From assembly GCA_963777505.1 (NCBI GenBank), contig CAVZQN010000003.1, positions 128,001 through 192,000 on the forward strand: a DNA stretch of 64,000 nt, given 5' to 3'. Within the stretch, counting starts at the first letter, position 1. Every line of letters begins with the position of its first letter. This document shows, in pieces, positions 49,563-58,510 of this stretch. The position numbers and the translations under genes were made by a program. The stretch is from an uncultured bacterium. Lineage in GTDB: Bacteria > Acidobacteriota > HRBIN11 > JAKEFK01. The notes below the pieces were generated by a model, which was not told the DNA's origin, made no database searches, and saw nothing but the letters and a program-made list of their open reading frames with translations.

Positions 49563-50483
49563 AATCTTTCGGCAATTACTCTCAGGGATCTTGAATATAT
49601 CAGCGCCGTGGCGCAGCATTTACATTTCGGAAAGGCAGCCGCAGCTTGCAATGTCAGCCAGCCCGCTCTCAGTGCCCAGATTCGAAAGTTAGAGGATCAG
49701 CTTGGCTTTTCGGTATTTGAAAGGAATAACAGAAAAGTAGCAATTACAGATCGTGGAAGGCTTCTGGTGGATCAAGCGCGCGTCGTTCTTGAAGAAGCTC
49801 AAAAACTTGTAACCCTTTCGCAAAATGGAACTGAAGAGCCGGAAGGAATTTTACGTTTGGGTGCAATCGCTACTCTTGGTCCTTATTACATTCCGATTGT
49901 TCTTCCTTTATTCAAGAAGAAATTTCCTCGATTGCAGGTTGTGTTGCAGGAAGGGCTGACTGAGAATTTGCTGGAAGAACTAAAAGCCGGCAACCTCGAT
50001 ATGGTGGTTGCTGCGCGGACATTTGATGAATCCGGATTCCGAGTCTTTTCGCTTTTCGAAGAGCCATTTTTGTTGGCTGTGCCAAAAGATCATCCGTTAG
50101 GCCGGAAGGATCCGCTCAAACGAACGGATCTTGTTGGGAAAGAAATGGTATTGCTTGAAGATGGTCATTGTTTGCGTGATCAAGCGCTCGAGATTTGTCC
50201 GCCAAATCGTCGCGGGAACATCAGACAATTTCATGCGATGAGTTTAGAGACTCTACGTCAATTAGTTGCTGCGGGGATGGGTTACACATTGATGCCAAAA
50301 CTGGCTGTGACATCCGGCGATACGATGCGTGGATTGTTAAAGTATCGTTCGTTTAAAGATCAAACCATTGCCCGTGAAATTGTACTGGTCGTAAGAGACC
50401 GCTTTGCGCGAATGAGAGAAGCGGAAACCTTAGCCGAAATCTTGCACGCGCACGCTCCTTTTCACCGCAAAGATTCAAAGTAA
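49560..50483 (+). CDS. oxyR: Hydrogen peroxide-inducible LysR regulator OxyR
   Basis: HFGKAAAACNVSQPALS, LLEDGHCLRDQALEIC (both redox Cys), SLETLRQLV. Confidence 0.95.
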   Translation: MNLSAITLRDLEYISAVAQHLHFGKAAAACNVSQPALSAQIRKLEDQLGFSVFERNNRKVAITDRGRLLVDQARVVLEEAQKLVTLSQNGTEEPEGILRLGAIATLGPYYIPIVLPLFKKKFPRLQVVLQEGLTENLLEELKAGNLDMVVAARTFDESGFRVFSLFEEPFLLAVPKDHPLGRKDPLKRTDLVGKEMVLLEDGHCLRDQALEICPPNRRGNIRQFHAMSLETLRQLVAAGMGYTLMPKLAVTSGDTMRGLLKYRSFKDQTIAREIVLVVRDRFARMREAETLAEILHAHAPFHRKDSK

Positions 50484-50484
50484 C

Positions 50485-51231
50485 CTATTGTGCGCCACGG
50501 CCTCTCAAAAAGCTCGCGATTTCGTGATGTCCGTTTTCAACCGCCAGACGAACTGCACTTTTTCCTTCTGAATTGGCAACATTTGGATCAGCACCAAGGT
50601 TAATTAACACCTGAACTGCATCCATATGACCATTTTTTGCAGCTTTCATTAGCGGCGTCCAGCCTTCGTTATCTCTGACATTGATATCTGCATCAACTTT
50701 CGCAAGCGATTCGATTACCTGCGAATGGCCGTTAAAGGCGGCGTTACTGATTGCAGTATTGCCATCCTGATCTTTCGCATTTACATCAGCTCCGGAACGA
50801 ATGAGCATTTGAACGATATCGGAATAACCTTGCCACGCGGCTTTATGCAATGCCGAATTGCCCGATTTTTCTCTTACATTTACATTGGCATTCGCTCGAA
50901 GCAAATCCTGGGTGATTTCTGCATATCCGGAGTTTGCGGCGCGCATTAATGGAGTCATACCTTCACCATCTTGACGATTTACATCGGCTTTTGCACGGAG
51001 CAAAGTCTCAACTACAGCGCGATTTTTGTTATAAACAGCTTTATGAAGCGGGGTAAATCCTTTTTCATCTGCCGCATTAACGTCCGCACCTTTCTTGATT
51101 AATTCATCAACCCGATTGGGTTGTCCGGACGATGCAGCGCTCAACAGCTCCTTATCTAACTGTTGATCTGCCCCATATGACGGCATTGCGAGTAAAACCA
51201 AACAAAGAGCCATGAATAGACGTGTCATCAT
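50485..51231 (-). CDS. Exported ankyrin-repeat protein
   Basis: Signal peptide plus repeated G.TPLxxAA...GADVN units; GGAGG RBS before 51231. Confidence 0.92.
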   Translation of the reverse strand: MMTRLFMALCLVLLAMPSYGADQQLDKELLSAASSGQPNRVDELIKKGADVNAADEKGFTPLHKAVYNKNRAVVETLLRAKADVNRQDGEGMTPLMRAANSGYAEITQDLLRANANVNVREKSGNSALHKAAWQGYSDIVQMLIRSGADVNAKDQDGNTAISNAAFNGHSQVIESLAKVDADINVRDNEGWTPLMKAAKNGHMDAVQVLINLGADPNVANSEGKSAVRLAVENGHHEIASFLRGRGAQ

Positions 51232-51335
51232 CTTTCCCTCCTGAGGGTCTGACAAGATTAATATGCGGAAATAGGAAAAAATTCAACGTACACAGAGCAT
51301 CCGCAGCGAGGAATTACATCGGTTACAATGAGCGT

Positions 51336-54300
51336 GTGCGCCCCTTTCTGGTTCTAATCATTGTTCTAATTTCATCTTTCGGCGAAGCGCTGGATCCTTC
51401 AAAAGCCGTTTCGCAATATCTTCACGATGTGTGGACAACCCTGAACGGTCTGCCTCAAAACAGCGTTCAAGCGCTTGTACAAACCCGCGATGGTTACATC
51501 TGGCTTGGCACACAGGAAGGTCTGGTTCGTTTTGATGGAGTCCGGTTCACTGTTTTTGATACGCGCAACACTCCTCAACTGAAAAATCATTACATCCTTT
51601 CACTTCTTGAAGACCGCCAGGGAAATCTCTGGATCGGTACCAGTGGAGGAGGATTAACGCGTTATAAAGATTCAAGGTTCGTTACATACACCCAACGTGA
51701 TGGGCTGACAGATTCTTACGTGCGCTGTCTGTACGAAGATCGAGCTGGATCGTTATGGATCGGAACAGATCTCGGCGGATTAAATGAATTTCGTGATGGC
51801 AAGTTCAAATCCTATTCGACGCAACACGGACTCTCTCATAATTTCGTTCGTGCAATCACAGAGGATTCGCAAGGGAACTTGTGGATTGGCACTGACGGTG
51901 GCGGACTCAATGTGTTGCGCAACGGTAAATTCACAGTATTTAACTCATCCAACGGACTTTCAAACAATTTTATCGGAGCACTTCTTGATGATGGTTCTGG
52001 CGGTCTCTGGATTGGAACTTATGGCGGCGGACTTGTGTTGTGGAAAGATGGACGCTTTCAATCCTTCACAACAAAGCAAGGTTTATCGAACGATTTTGTA
52101 CGAAGCCTTTTGAAAGATAAAAACGGCTCATTATGGATCGGAACTGAAAAAGGATTAAACCGCTATCGAGATTCGGCTTTCGAATCTTTTTCAATTGACG
52201 ACGGCCTTTCCAACCCGAACATCTGGTCGCTCTATGAAGATCAGGAAGGGAGTTTGTGGATTGGTTTGTTTGGTGGCGGATTAAGTCGATTAAAAGATGG
52301 AAAGTTTATTACGTATTCCAGAAGACAGGGCATGTCTGATGATGACATCTGGTGTATTTATGGAGATCCCGAAGGTGCGATCTGGATTGGAACAGCCGGT
52401 GGCGGGTTGAATCGTCTAAAAGATGGAAAAGTAACCCTTTATACAACCCGTGATGGACTTGCTCACGATACGGTTCGAGCAATCTGGATGGATAAGCAAG
52501 GAACGCTGTGGGCTGGAACCAGTGGCGGAGGGTTAAGCGCATTTCGTGATGGAAAATTCCGCACCTATTCAACCAGGGATGGTTTATCGAACGATTTTGT
52601 GCGCTCTATATATGAAGACTCGCGCGGAAATCTCTGGATTGGAACAAATGGTGGCGGACTCAATCGCTTTCATGATGGAAAATTCACACACTACACAACG
52701 AAAAATGGTTTTATCGGAGATTTTATTCGTTCCATTCAAGAAGATAGCAAAGGCAATCTATGGGTCAGTGTTGAAAGTGCAGGCCTGGTGCGAATTCGGA
52801 ATGGTGAAATAAAAGCATTTACGATCCGCGATGGACTCCCTGACAATCGTATCCTTGCAATTTATGAAGATCCAGAAGGCGTACTCTGGTTTGGAACTTT
52901 AAGCAGTGGACTGATTCGATATAAAGATGGAGAGTGGTTGCGATTCAGGCGCAGAGATGGACTGTTTGATGATGCCGTCTTTCAGATTCTTCCGGATTCT
53001 AACGGGCATTTATGGATGGGAAGCAATCGCGGGATATTCCGCGTGGCTGTCAACGATTTGAACGATTTCGCTCGCGGAAGAATTGATTCCATTCCTTCGC
53101 AATCCTATGGCATCGGCGATGGAATGAAAACGAATGAATGTAATGGCGGTTCTCAACCATCCGGATGGAAAGATAGGATCGGAAAACTCTGGTTCCCAAC
53201 AAATAATGGTCTCGTTGTAATCGATCCCGATAAACTTCCTGTGAATCGTTTCCTTCCTCCGGTTCAGATTGAAAAGATTACATACGATGGGGAAATCTAT
53301 AAAGAGGCTCTATCAAAAAGTGTTCGTTTCCATCCAGGGCAGGGCAAACTGGAATTTCAATATACAGGGTTGAGTTTCCTTGTTCCAGAAAAGGTGCGTT
53401 TTCAATACAAATTGGAAGGATTTGATGCGCAATGGATTGATGCTGATACCCGGAGAATCGCATTTTATACAAACATCCCGCCAGGTTCTTACAATTTCAG
53501 AGTTGTCGCCTGCAATAACGACGGAATCTGGAATGTGACAGGTGCGTCATTTGCATTTGTTCTGGAACCACACTTTTATCAGACGTCATGGTTTTATGCG
53601 CTTTGTATTGCTGGCATCATTGCGGCTGCGGCAGGAGCATATCGTTTGCGAATCGCCCAAATGCGCGCTCAATTCGCAGCGGTGTTGGAGGAACGTAATC
53701 GGATCTCACGCGAAATTCATGACACTCTTACGCAGGATTTTACGGGTGTTGTCCTGCAACTCGAAGCCGCTGAAATGACGATGCAAAATCCGTCTGAAGA
53801 AACCAAAGATCTAATCGATCGTGCACGTGAATTGGCACGGGCTGGATTAATCGAATCCAGAAGATTTGTCCGTGAACTTCGGCCTTCGCCTCTTGAAAAA
53901 GCAAACTTTCCCGAAGCTGTATTGCATGTTGCTCAACAAGCAGCAGGAAGAAGTGATTTGAATGTTGTTGTTAATGTCTCAGGAATCAGGAGACCCCTAT
54001 CGGCACAAATCGAAGATAATCTGATCAGGATTGTTCGCGAAGCCTGCAACAATGTTGTAAAACATTCTTCTGCCAAAAACTTGAAGATCCATTTGAAATA
54101 CGGAATGTTGAAATTTGATCTGGATATTCATGACGATGGACGTGGTTTTGAAATTCAGAATATTTCACCTAAAAAAGAAGGCGGGTTTGGTCTGACAAGC
54201 ATGAAGGAGCGGGCAGCAAAAATCCGCGCAAAGTTCAAAATCCTCAGCAAACCGAACGGCGGGACGCATATTCATATCTCTGTTCCAGCCTTTCTCCAGG

Positions 54301-54338
54301 GGCTGAAGTTTCATCGTCAGAGCACCCAGAAACATTAG
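51336..54338 (+). CDS. Beta-propeller (Reg_prop)/YYY sensor histidine kinase, HisKA_3 type
   Basis: Many ED..G.LWIGT.GGGL repeats, YYY domain, TM helix, ERNRISREIHDTL, DDGRGF; likely GTG start at 51336 giving a signal peptide. Confidence 0.92.
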   Translation: MRPFLVLIIVLISSFGEALDPSKAVSQYLHDVWTTLNGLPQNSVQALVQTRDGYIWLGTQEGLVRFDGVRFTVFDTRNTPQLKNHYILSLLEDRQGNLWIGTSGGGLTRYKDSRFVTYTQRDGLTDSYVRCLYEDRAGSLWIGTDLGGLNEFRDGKFKSYSTQHGLSHNFVRAITEDSQGNLWIGTDGGGLNVLRNGKFTVFNSSNGLSNNFIGALLDDGSGGLWIGTYGGGLVLWKDGRFQSFTTKQGLSNDFVRSLLKDKNGSLWIGTEKGLNRYRDSAFESFSIDDGLSNPNIWSLYEDQEGSLWIGLFGGGLSRLKDGKFITYSRRQGMSDDDIWCIYGDPEGAIWIGTAGGGLNRLKDGKVTLYTTRDGLAHDTVRAIWMDKQGTLWAGTSGGGLSAFRDGKFRTYSTRDGLSNDFVRSIYEDSRGNLWIGTNGGGLNRFHDGKFTHYTTKNGFIGDFIRSIQEDSKGNLWVSVESAGLVRIRNGEIKAFTIRDGLPDNRILAIYEDPEGVLWFGTLSSGLIRYKDGEWLRFRRRDGLFDDAVFQILPDSNGHLWMGSNRGIFRVAVNDLNDFARGRIDSIPSQSYGIGDGMKTNECNGGSQPSGWKDRIGKLWFPTNNGLVVIDPDKLPVNRFLPPVQIEKITYDGEIYKEALSKSVRFHPGQGKLEFQYTGLSFLVPEKVRFQYKLEGFDAQWIDADTRRIAFYTNIPPGSYNFRVVACNNDGIWNVTGASFAFVLEPHFYQTSWFYALCIAGIIAAAAGAYRLRIAQMRAQFAAVLEERNRISREIHDTLTQDFTGVVLQLEAAEMTMQNPSEETKDLIDRARELARAGLIESRRFVRELRPSPLEKANFPEAVLHVAQQAAGRSDLNVVVNVSGIRRPLSAQIEDNLIRIVREACNNVVKHSSAKNLKIHLKYGMLKFDLDIHDDGRGFEIQNISPKKEGGFGLTSMKERAAKIRAKFKILSKPNGGTHIHISVPAFLQGLKFHRQSTQKH

Positions 54339-54346
54339 ATGAGAAT

Positions 54347-54373
54347 GTAGCCCCCGGCTAATGCCAGGGGCTA
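54347..54373 (+). repeat. GTAG-type REP-like hairpin
   Basis: GTAG-CCCCCGGC-taat-GCCAGGGG-CTA. Confidence 0.6.
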
Positions 54374-54405
54374 AAACACTAAAGTTCTTGTATAATTTAC
54401 ACATC

Positions 54406-55575
54406 ATGATTTCCAAAATTGCGATTTTTGTGTTGCTTTGTTTGCTTGTTCTTGCTCCAGCTTCTGTACCCGCTCAACAGGAATATGAAGTAGCAGTTAC
54501 CTACGTCAGTGTCTGGCTTAAGGCTGTTGATGGTGATGGAAATGCCATCGAGTCTCTAAGCATGGACGATTTTGAAGTGTATGAAGACGGAACGCCCGTT
54601 CAAATCACATGTTTTGATGAAATAAAAATTGACGAAGCGACTACAACTGCAGCTGGTTCAAAACAAATTCAAACGGATCCTGTTGCAACGGAACGCTTCG
54701 TTGTCTATCTGGATCTTCTGAATACAATGCCTCGTGAATATCAAGCAATCAAACCTGGCCTGAAACAATTTCTAGCAGACATTTCCAAAAGAAATGCAGA
54801 AGTGATGTTGGCGGGACTGATGCCCAATCAAAAACTTGGAATCATTGCTCCATTTACAAAGGACTTTAAAAGATTAAATGCATTAATCGATCAAGCACCC
54901 GCAAATGCAAAACGTGATACGGTCGAGGAAACTCGGAAGATGGAGCTTATCCGGATTATGGATAATGCCGGAGACGATGCCATTGATGGACTTCGCGACG
55001 GTTATTTAACGGCACGCCGTTTTGCAGATTCAGATCGTGCGACAAGTCAATTTACATTAAATGCATTGGAAAGTTTTGCTGCACATTTGTCTACACAGGA
55101 TTTTGGCGGACATTTGATCATGCTGTATGTGTCCGGCGGATTTTCATCCGATCCGGGCCGTCAATATTTTGAAATTGTAGATGGTCTTGCAGACGGTCAA
55201 GTGGAACAAGAAGAAATGCTGCAATTCACAATGGACCGAAATTTCAATTTCGACTTCCGTAAAGAAATGCAAAAAAGTATCGGAAAGTTGAATCGTATGA
55301 ACGTTACGATTTCAACTCTTGATACTCAGGGGTTAGGCTCCTCGCCAGAATACCGTGAATCATTACAGCAAGTTGCATATGAAACAGGCGGGATAGCAAT
55401 CAGCAATTCGCAAAATTTCCAGGCAGGATTCAAAACGATTTTAAAAGACTTCGAACATCAATACATTTTGTGTTATACACCTCCAGCAAAGAAAAAAGAG
55501 GGATATCACAAAATCAAAGTTGTATCCAAAAAGCCCAACATTAAACTTCGTTATCGCCAGGGTTACTCGGAATAG
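54406..55575 (+). CDS. VWFA-related exported protein (degenerate MIDAS)
   Basis: Signal peptide, DFEVYEDG.PV.I, ETGG, YILCY, LRYRQGY. Confidence 0.85.
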   Translation: MISKIAIFVLLCLLVLAPASVPAQQEYEVAVTYVSVWLKAVDGDGNAIESLSMDDFEVYEDGTPVQITCFDEIKIDEATTTAAGSKQIQTDPVATERFVVYLDLLNTMPREYQAIKPGLKQFLADISKRNAEVMLAGLMPNQKLGIIAPFTKDFKRLNALIDQAPANAKRDTVEETRKMELIRIMDNAGDDAIDGLRDGYLTARRFADSDRATSQFTLNALESFAAHLSTQDFGGHLIMLYVSGGFSSDPGRQYFEIVDGLADGQVEQEEMLQFTMDRNFNFDFRKEMQKSIGKLNRMNVTISTLDTQGLGSSPEYRESLQQVAYETGGIAISNSQNFQAGFKTILKDFEHQYILCYTPPAKKKEGYHKIKVVSKKPNIKLRYRQGYSE

Positions 55576-55691
55576 TCTCCCTCAAATTCCTTTCTTAACT
55601 ATCGAATTAACGATCCACTTGTACTTGGACGAAAGTCCAATTGTCATTACTGACGGGTGAATACAGAATTTGTTCATCATCCGAAAGAAGA

Positions 55692-56438
55692 ATGGAAAAC
55701 TTGGGATCGCTCGTTGCCGCTCTGGTTCTTGCGATGGTCTATGCGCTGGCAACCTTTTTCAAACAGGATGACGAAAAAAAAGGAATATGGAATCGCCGGC
55801 GTACAATTTCTGCCGCGGCTGGAGTATCAGTCGCTTACATCTTCCTTGATGTTCTACCGGAACTTGGTGCACAACACCTTAGTTTCTTGAAAGCGGCTGG
55901 AGGCGATCAACTTCCCTACGCCGAACATCGAATTTATATCCTGGCTCTGATTTCGTTCATTATCCTTTACGGACTTGAGCACATGGTTTTGAGTTCCCGG
56001 AAGCGACGTCGCGATGTTATTGAGAAAGGAGGGAGCGATGCGATTTATTGGCTCCATCTTACCGGTTTCACAGCATACAGTGCGATGATTGGCTATTTGC
56101 TGATTGAACGCGCTGAGCGTGGATCCGCAGCCCTGATTGTCTACTGTCTTGCAATGGCCATTCACTTTCTAATCGTTGATCATTCGATGCGGGAAGAGCA
56201 TGGTCCGGTGTACGATCGATCCGGCCACTGGATCCTTGCCGTTAGTGTTCTTACTGGATGGTTGATTGGAATTTCTGTCCCTCTTTCTGAATTAACATTT
56301 GCTCGCCTTTTCGCTGTGCTGGCAGGCGGTGTGGTAATCACAAGTCTCAAGTCTGAACTTCCGGACGACCGTGAAGGAAAATTCTGGCCGTTCTGCTTAG
56401 GAGCGTTTATTTACGCAATGCTTTTGATAATTGCATGA
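55692..56438 (+). CDS. ZIP-like membrane protein
   Basis: SAAAGVSVAYIFLDVLPEL, AMAIHF..DH, KSELP. Confidence 0.7.
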   Translation: MENLGSLVAALVLAMVYALATFFKQDDEKKGIWNRRRTISAAAGVSVAYIFLDVLPELGAQHLSFLKAAGGDQLPYAEHRIYILALISFIILYGLEHMVLSSRKRRRDVIEKGGSDAIYWLHLTGFTAYSAMIGYLLIERAERGSAALIVYCLAMAIHFLIVDHSMREEHGPVYDRSGHWILAVSVLTGWLIGISVPLSELTFARLFAVLAGGVVITSLKSELPDDREGKFWPFCLGAFIYAMLLIIA

Positions 56439-56449
56439 ATTTACTCGCC

Positions 56450-56728
56450 TTACTTTTGTTTTTTGAGAATACGTAATGTTTCTAGATAAATACGTCGGCG
56501 TGGTCCGATCGCAACAATTTCGATTGCATCATCACCAATTCTATAGATGATGCGGAACTTGCTAACTCGGAAGCTTCGCAGCCCTGAAAGATCAAATCGG
56601 AGTTCTTTCCCTTGATCGGGATCATCAAGAATCATTCTTAAAGAGTATTTAATCTTTTTTTTAATTTGGGGATGCAAGTTACGAATTAGATCTGCAACGG
56701 AATGGGGAATTCTGAGCCTGTATTTCAT
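56450..56728 (-). CDS. RelE/ParE-family type II toxin
   Basis: GKELR.DL.G.RSFRV.KFRIIY, IVAIGPR..IY. Confidence 0.9.
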   Translation of the reverse strand: MKYRLRIPHSVADLIRNLHPQIKKKIKYSLRMILDDPDQGKELRFDLSGLRSFRVSKFRIIYRIGDDAIEIVAIGPRRRIYLETLRILKKQK

Positions 56729-56746
56729 CTTGTCAGAGAACCTGAC

Positions 56747-57007
56747 TTACTTGAATAGTTCCTCAAGAGTATAGAACCGTGCTTTCCTGGATTTCAGTTC
56801 GTTCAAGCCTTTCTTGATTTCCTTCATCATGGTGTCATCCCCGCGAATTGCCATCGTTTCTTTCAGATTCTCAAACTCGTCAGGGCTAATCAAAATGGCG
56901 ACAGGCGCTCCATTCTTGGTAATCATAATTTCCTCATCAGTCGATCGGACTATTTCGACTAACGAACTGAGTTTCATTTTAACTTCCGAAACAGGTAGCG
57001 TTTTCAT
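56747..57007 (-). CDS. Phd/YefM-family antitoxin
   Basis: SEVK.KLS.LV, ITKNG.PVA.LIS..EFE.LKET. Confidence 0.92.
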   Translation of the reverse strand: MKTLPVSEVKMKLSSLVEIVRSTDEEIMITKNGAPVAILISPDEFENLKETMAIRGDDTMMKEIKKGLNELKSRKARFYTLEELFK

Positions 57008-57027
57008 AGTTGGACTCCATTTTGGTT

Positions 57028-57076
57028 AACCAGAATTCTGACCTATATGATAGGCTTTTGATAACAGCAACGTCAA
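57028..57076 (-). promoter_or_regulatory. Toxin-antitoxin promoter and operator
   Basis: TTGACG-18-TATCAT on the minus strand; perfect palindrome CAGAATTCTG (57031-57040) downstream of the -10. Confidence 0.6.
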
Positions 57077-57094
57077 ACTCAGACTGGCCTCCAA

Positions 57095-57201
57095 CGTTCG
57101 AAACCGGATAAAGGCGTCCCATTAGCGGACACTAATTCGGCAAGGCAAATTCCTTTCCACGTCGGAAAATCAACGCATTCCCAAATGGCATGCGGCGTGC
57201 A
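57095..57201 (+). promoter_or_regulatory. UAS pair, IHF-like site and sigma54 promoter of the MFP-ABC-ADOP operon
   Basis: CGTTCGAAACCGGATA / GTCCCATTAGCGGACAC; AATCAACGCATTC; TGGCAT-GCGGC-GTGCA (57186-57201). Confidence 0.7.
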
Positions 57202-57232
57202 ATAGGGTTTAGTTCTTGGAGAAAAGTGAAGC

Positions 57233-58489
57233 ATGGATATACCTCGCGGTAAAGATGTAATAAAAAAGAAAAAGGTCCGCAGAATTTTATTGACTGCTGC
57301 AGGTCTAATCATTGTTGCAGCAATCACACTTGGATTGTCACGGTTGAAACCGGCGGCACCATCCGTAGAACGTGAAACAGTTTGGATCGACACTGTAAAA
57401 CGGGGTTCGATGCTTCGCCAGGTTCGCGGTACTGGAACACTTGTTCCGGAACAATTCCAATGGATTCCAGCAACTTCGAATGGCCGTGTCGAACAAATTT
57501 ATATGCGTCCCGGTAAACAGGTAGAAGCCGATACCGTCATCATGCTTTTGGGCAATCAAGAATTGGCGCAAGAAACTCAGGATGCGGAATTGAAAGTACG
57601 TGCCGCGGAAGCAGAATTAATAAACCAAAAAGCGAAACTTGAAACATTAAAAATGGATCAAGAAGCGGCTGCTGCAAAAGTGAAAGCTGATTATCTTGAA
57701 GCACAATTGAGAGCGGAAGCTGATGAAGTTTTAGCGCGTGATGGCCTTGTGGCAGACATTACGTTGAAAGTTTCGAAAGCAAAAGCTGAACAACTTGCAA
57801 CTGTGTATGGAATTGAAAAGAAAAGATTGTCAGTAAATGCCGAATCGATGGAAGCACAATTAAATGCAGAAGCAGCGCGTCTAGATCAAGTTCGTGCGCT
57901 GTATCAATTGAAGCGACAACAGATGGATCAACTTAAAGTAAAAGCAGGCTCAAAAGGAGTATTGCAGCAACTTCTTGTTGAAGCCGGACAGCGCATACTG
58001 GCTGGTGCAACTCTCGCCAAAGTTGCACAACCCGAACATTTAAAAGCGGAATTAAGAATTGCAGAAACGCAGGCGAAAGACATTCTAATCGGACAAATCG
58101 CATCGATTGATACACGTAATGGCGTGATCGCGGGAAGCGTTTCTCGAATCGATCCTGCCGTTCAAAATGGAACCGTTACTGTAGATGTCAGCCTTGAAGG
58201 TACGCTACCAAAAGGTGCACGTCCCGATCTTACAGTTGATGGCACGATCGAACTTGAACGCCTGACAGACGTCTTATATGTTGGACGTCCTGCATCAGGT
58301 CAAGAACACACAAAAGTTGGCTTGTTTAAACTTTCGACGGATGGAAAAACTGCATCACGAACGACAGTTGAATTAGGACGAAGCTCTGTTAACACGATTG
58401 AAGTTATGGGGGGCCTCCAGGCAGGAGATCAAGTTGTTCTTTCAGACATGGCAGCCTGGGATTCCTTCGACAATATTCGATTGAATTAA
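57233..58489 (+). CDS. HlyD/efflux periplasmic adaptor (membrane fusion protein)
   Basis: N-terminal TM helix, VRGTGTLVP, coiled coil, RPDLTVDG, GLQAGDQV. Confidence 0.92.
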   Translation: MDIPRGKDVIKKKKVRRILLTAAGLIIVAAITLGLSRLKPAAPSVERETVWIDTVKRGSMLRQVRGTGTLVPEQFQWIPATSNGRVEQIYMRPGKQVEADTVIMLLGNQELAQETQDAELKVRAAEAELINQKAKLETLKMDQEAAAAKVKADYLEAQLRAEADEVLARDGLVADITLKVSKAKAEQLATVYGIEKKRLSVNAESMEAQLNAEAARLDQVRALYQLKRQQMDQLKVKAGSKGVLQQLLVEAGQRILAGATLAKVAQPEHLKAELRIAETQAKDILIGQIASIDTRNGVIAGSVSRIDPAVQNGTVTVDVSLEGTLPKGARPDLTVDGTIELERLTDVLYVGRPASGQEHTKVGLFKLSTDGKTASRTTVELGRSSVNTIEVMGGLQAGDQVVLSDMAAWDSFDNIRLN

Positions 58490-58510
58490 ATCACTTGAGA
58501 GGAGTATGAA

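Noticed and set aside
51400-53200. Tandem DNA repeats in the large kinase gene
   Set aside because: Explained by ordinary Reg_prop beta-propeller protein repeats.
56450-57007. Toxin-antitoxin pair as a marker of a prophage or defence island
   Set aside because: No integrase, att sites, phage or other defence genes are nearby; it looks like an isolated chromosomal TA module.
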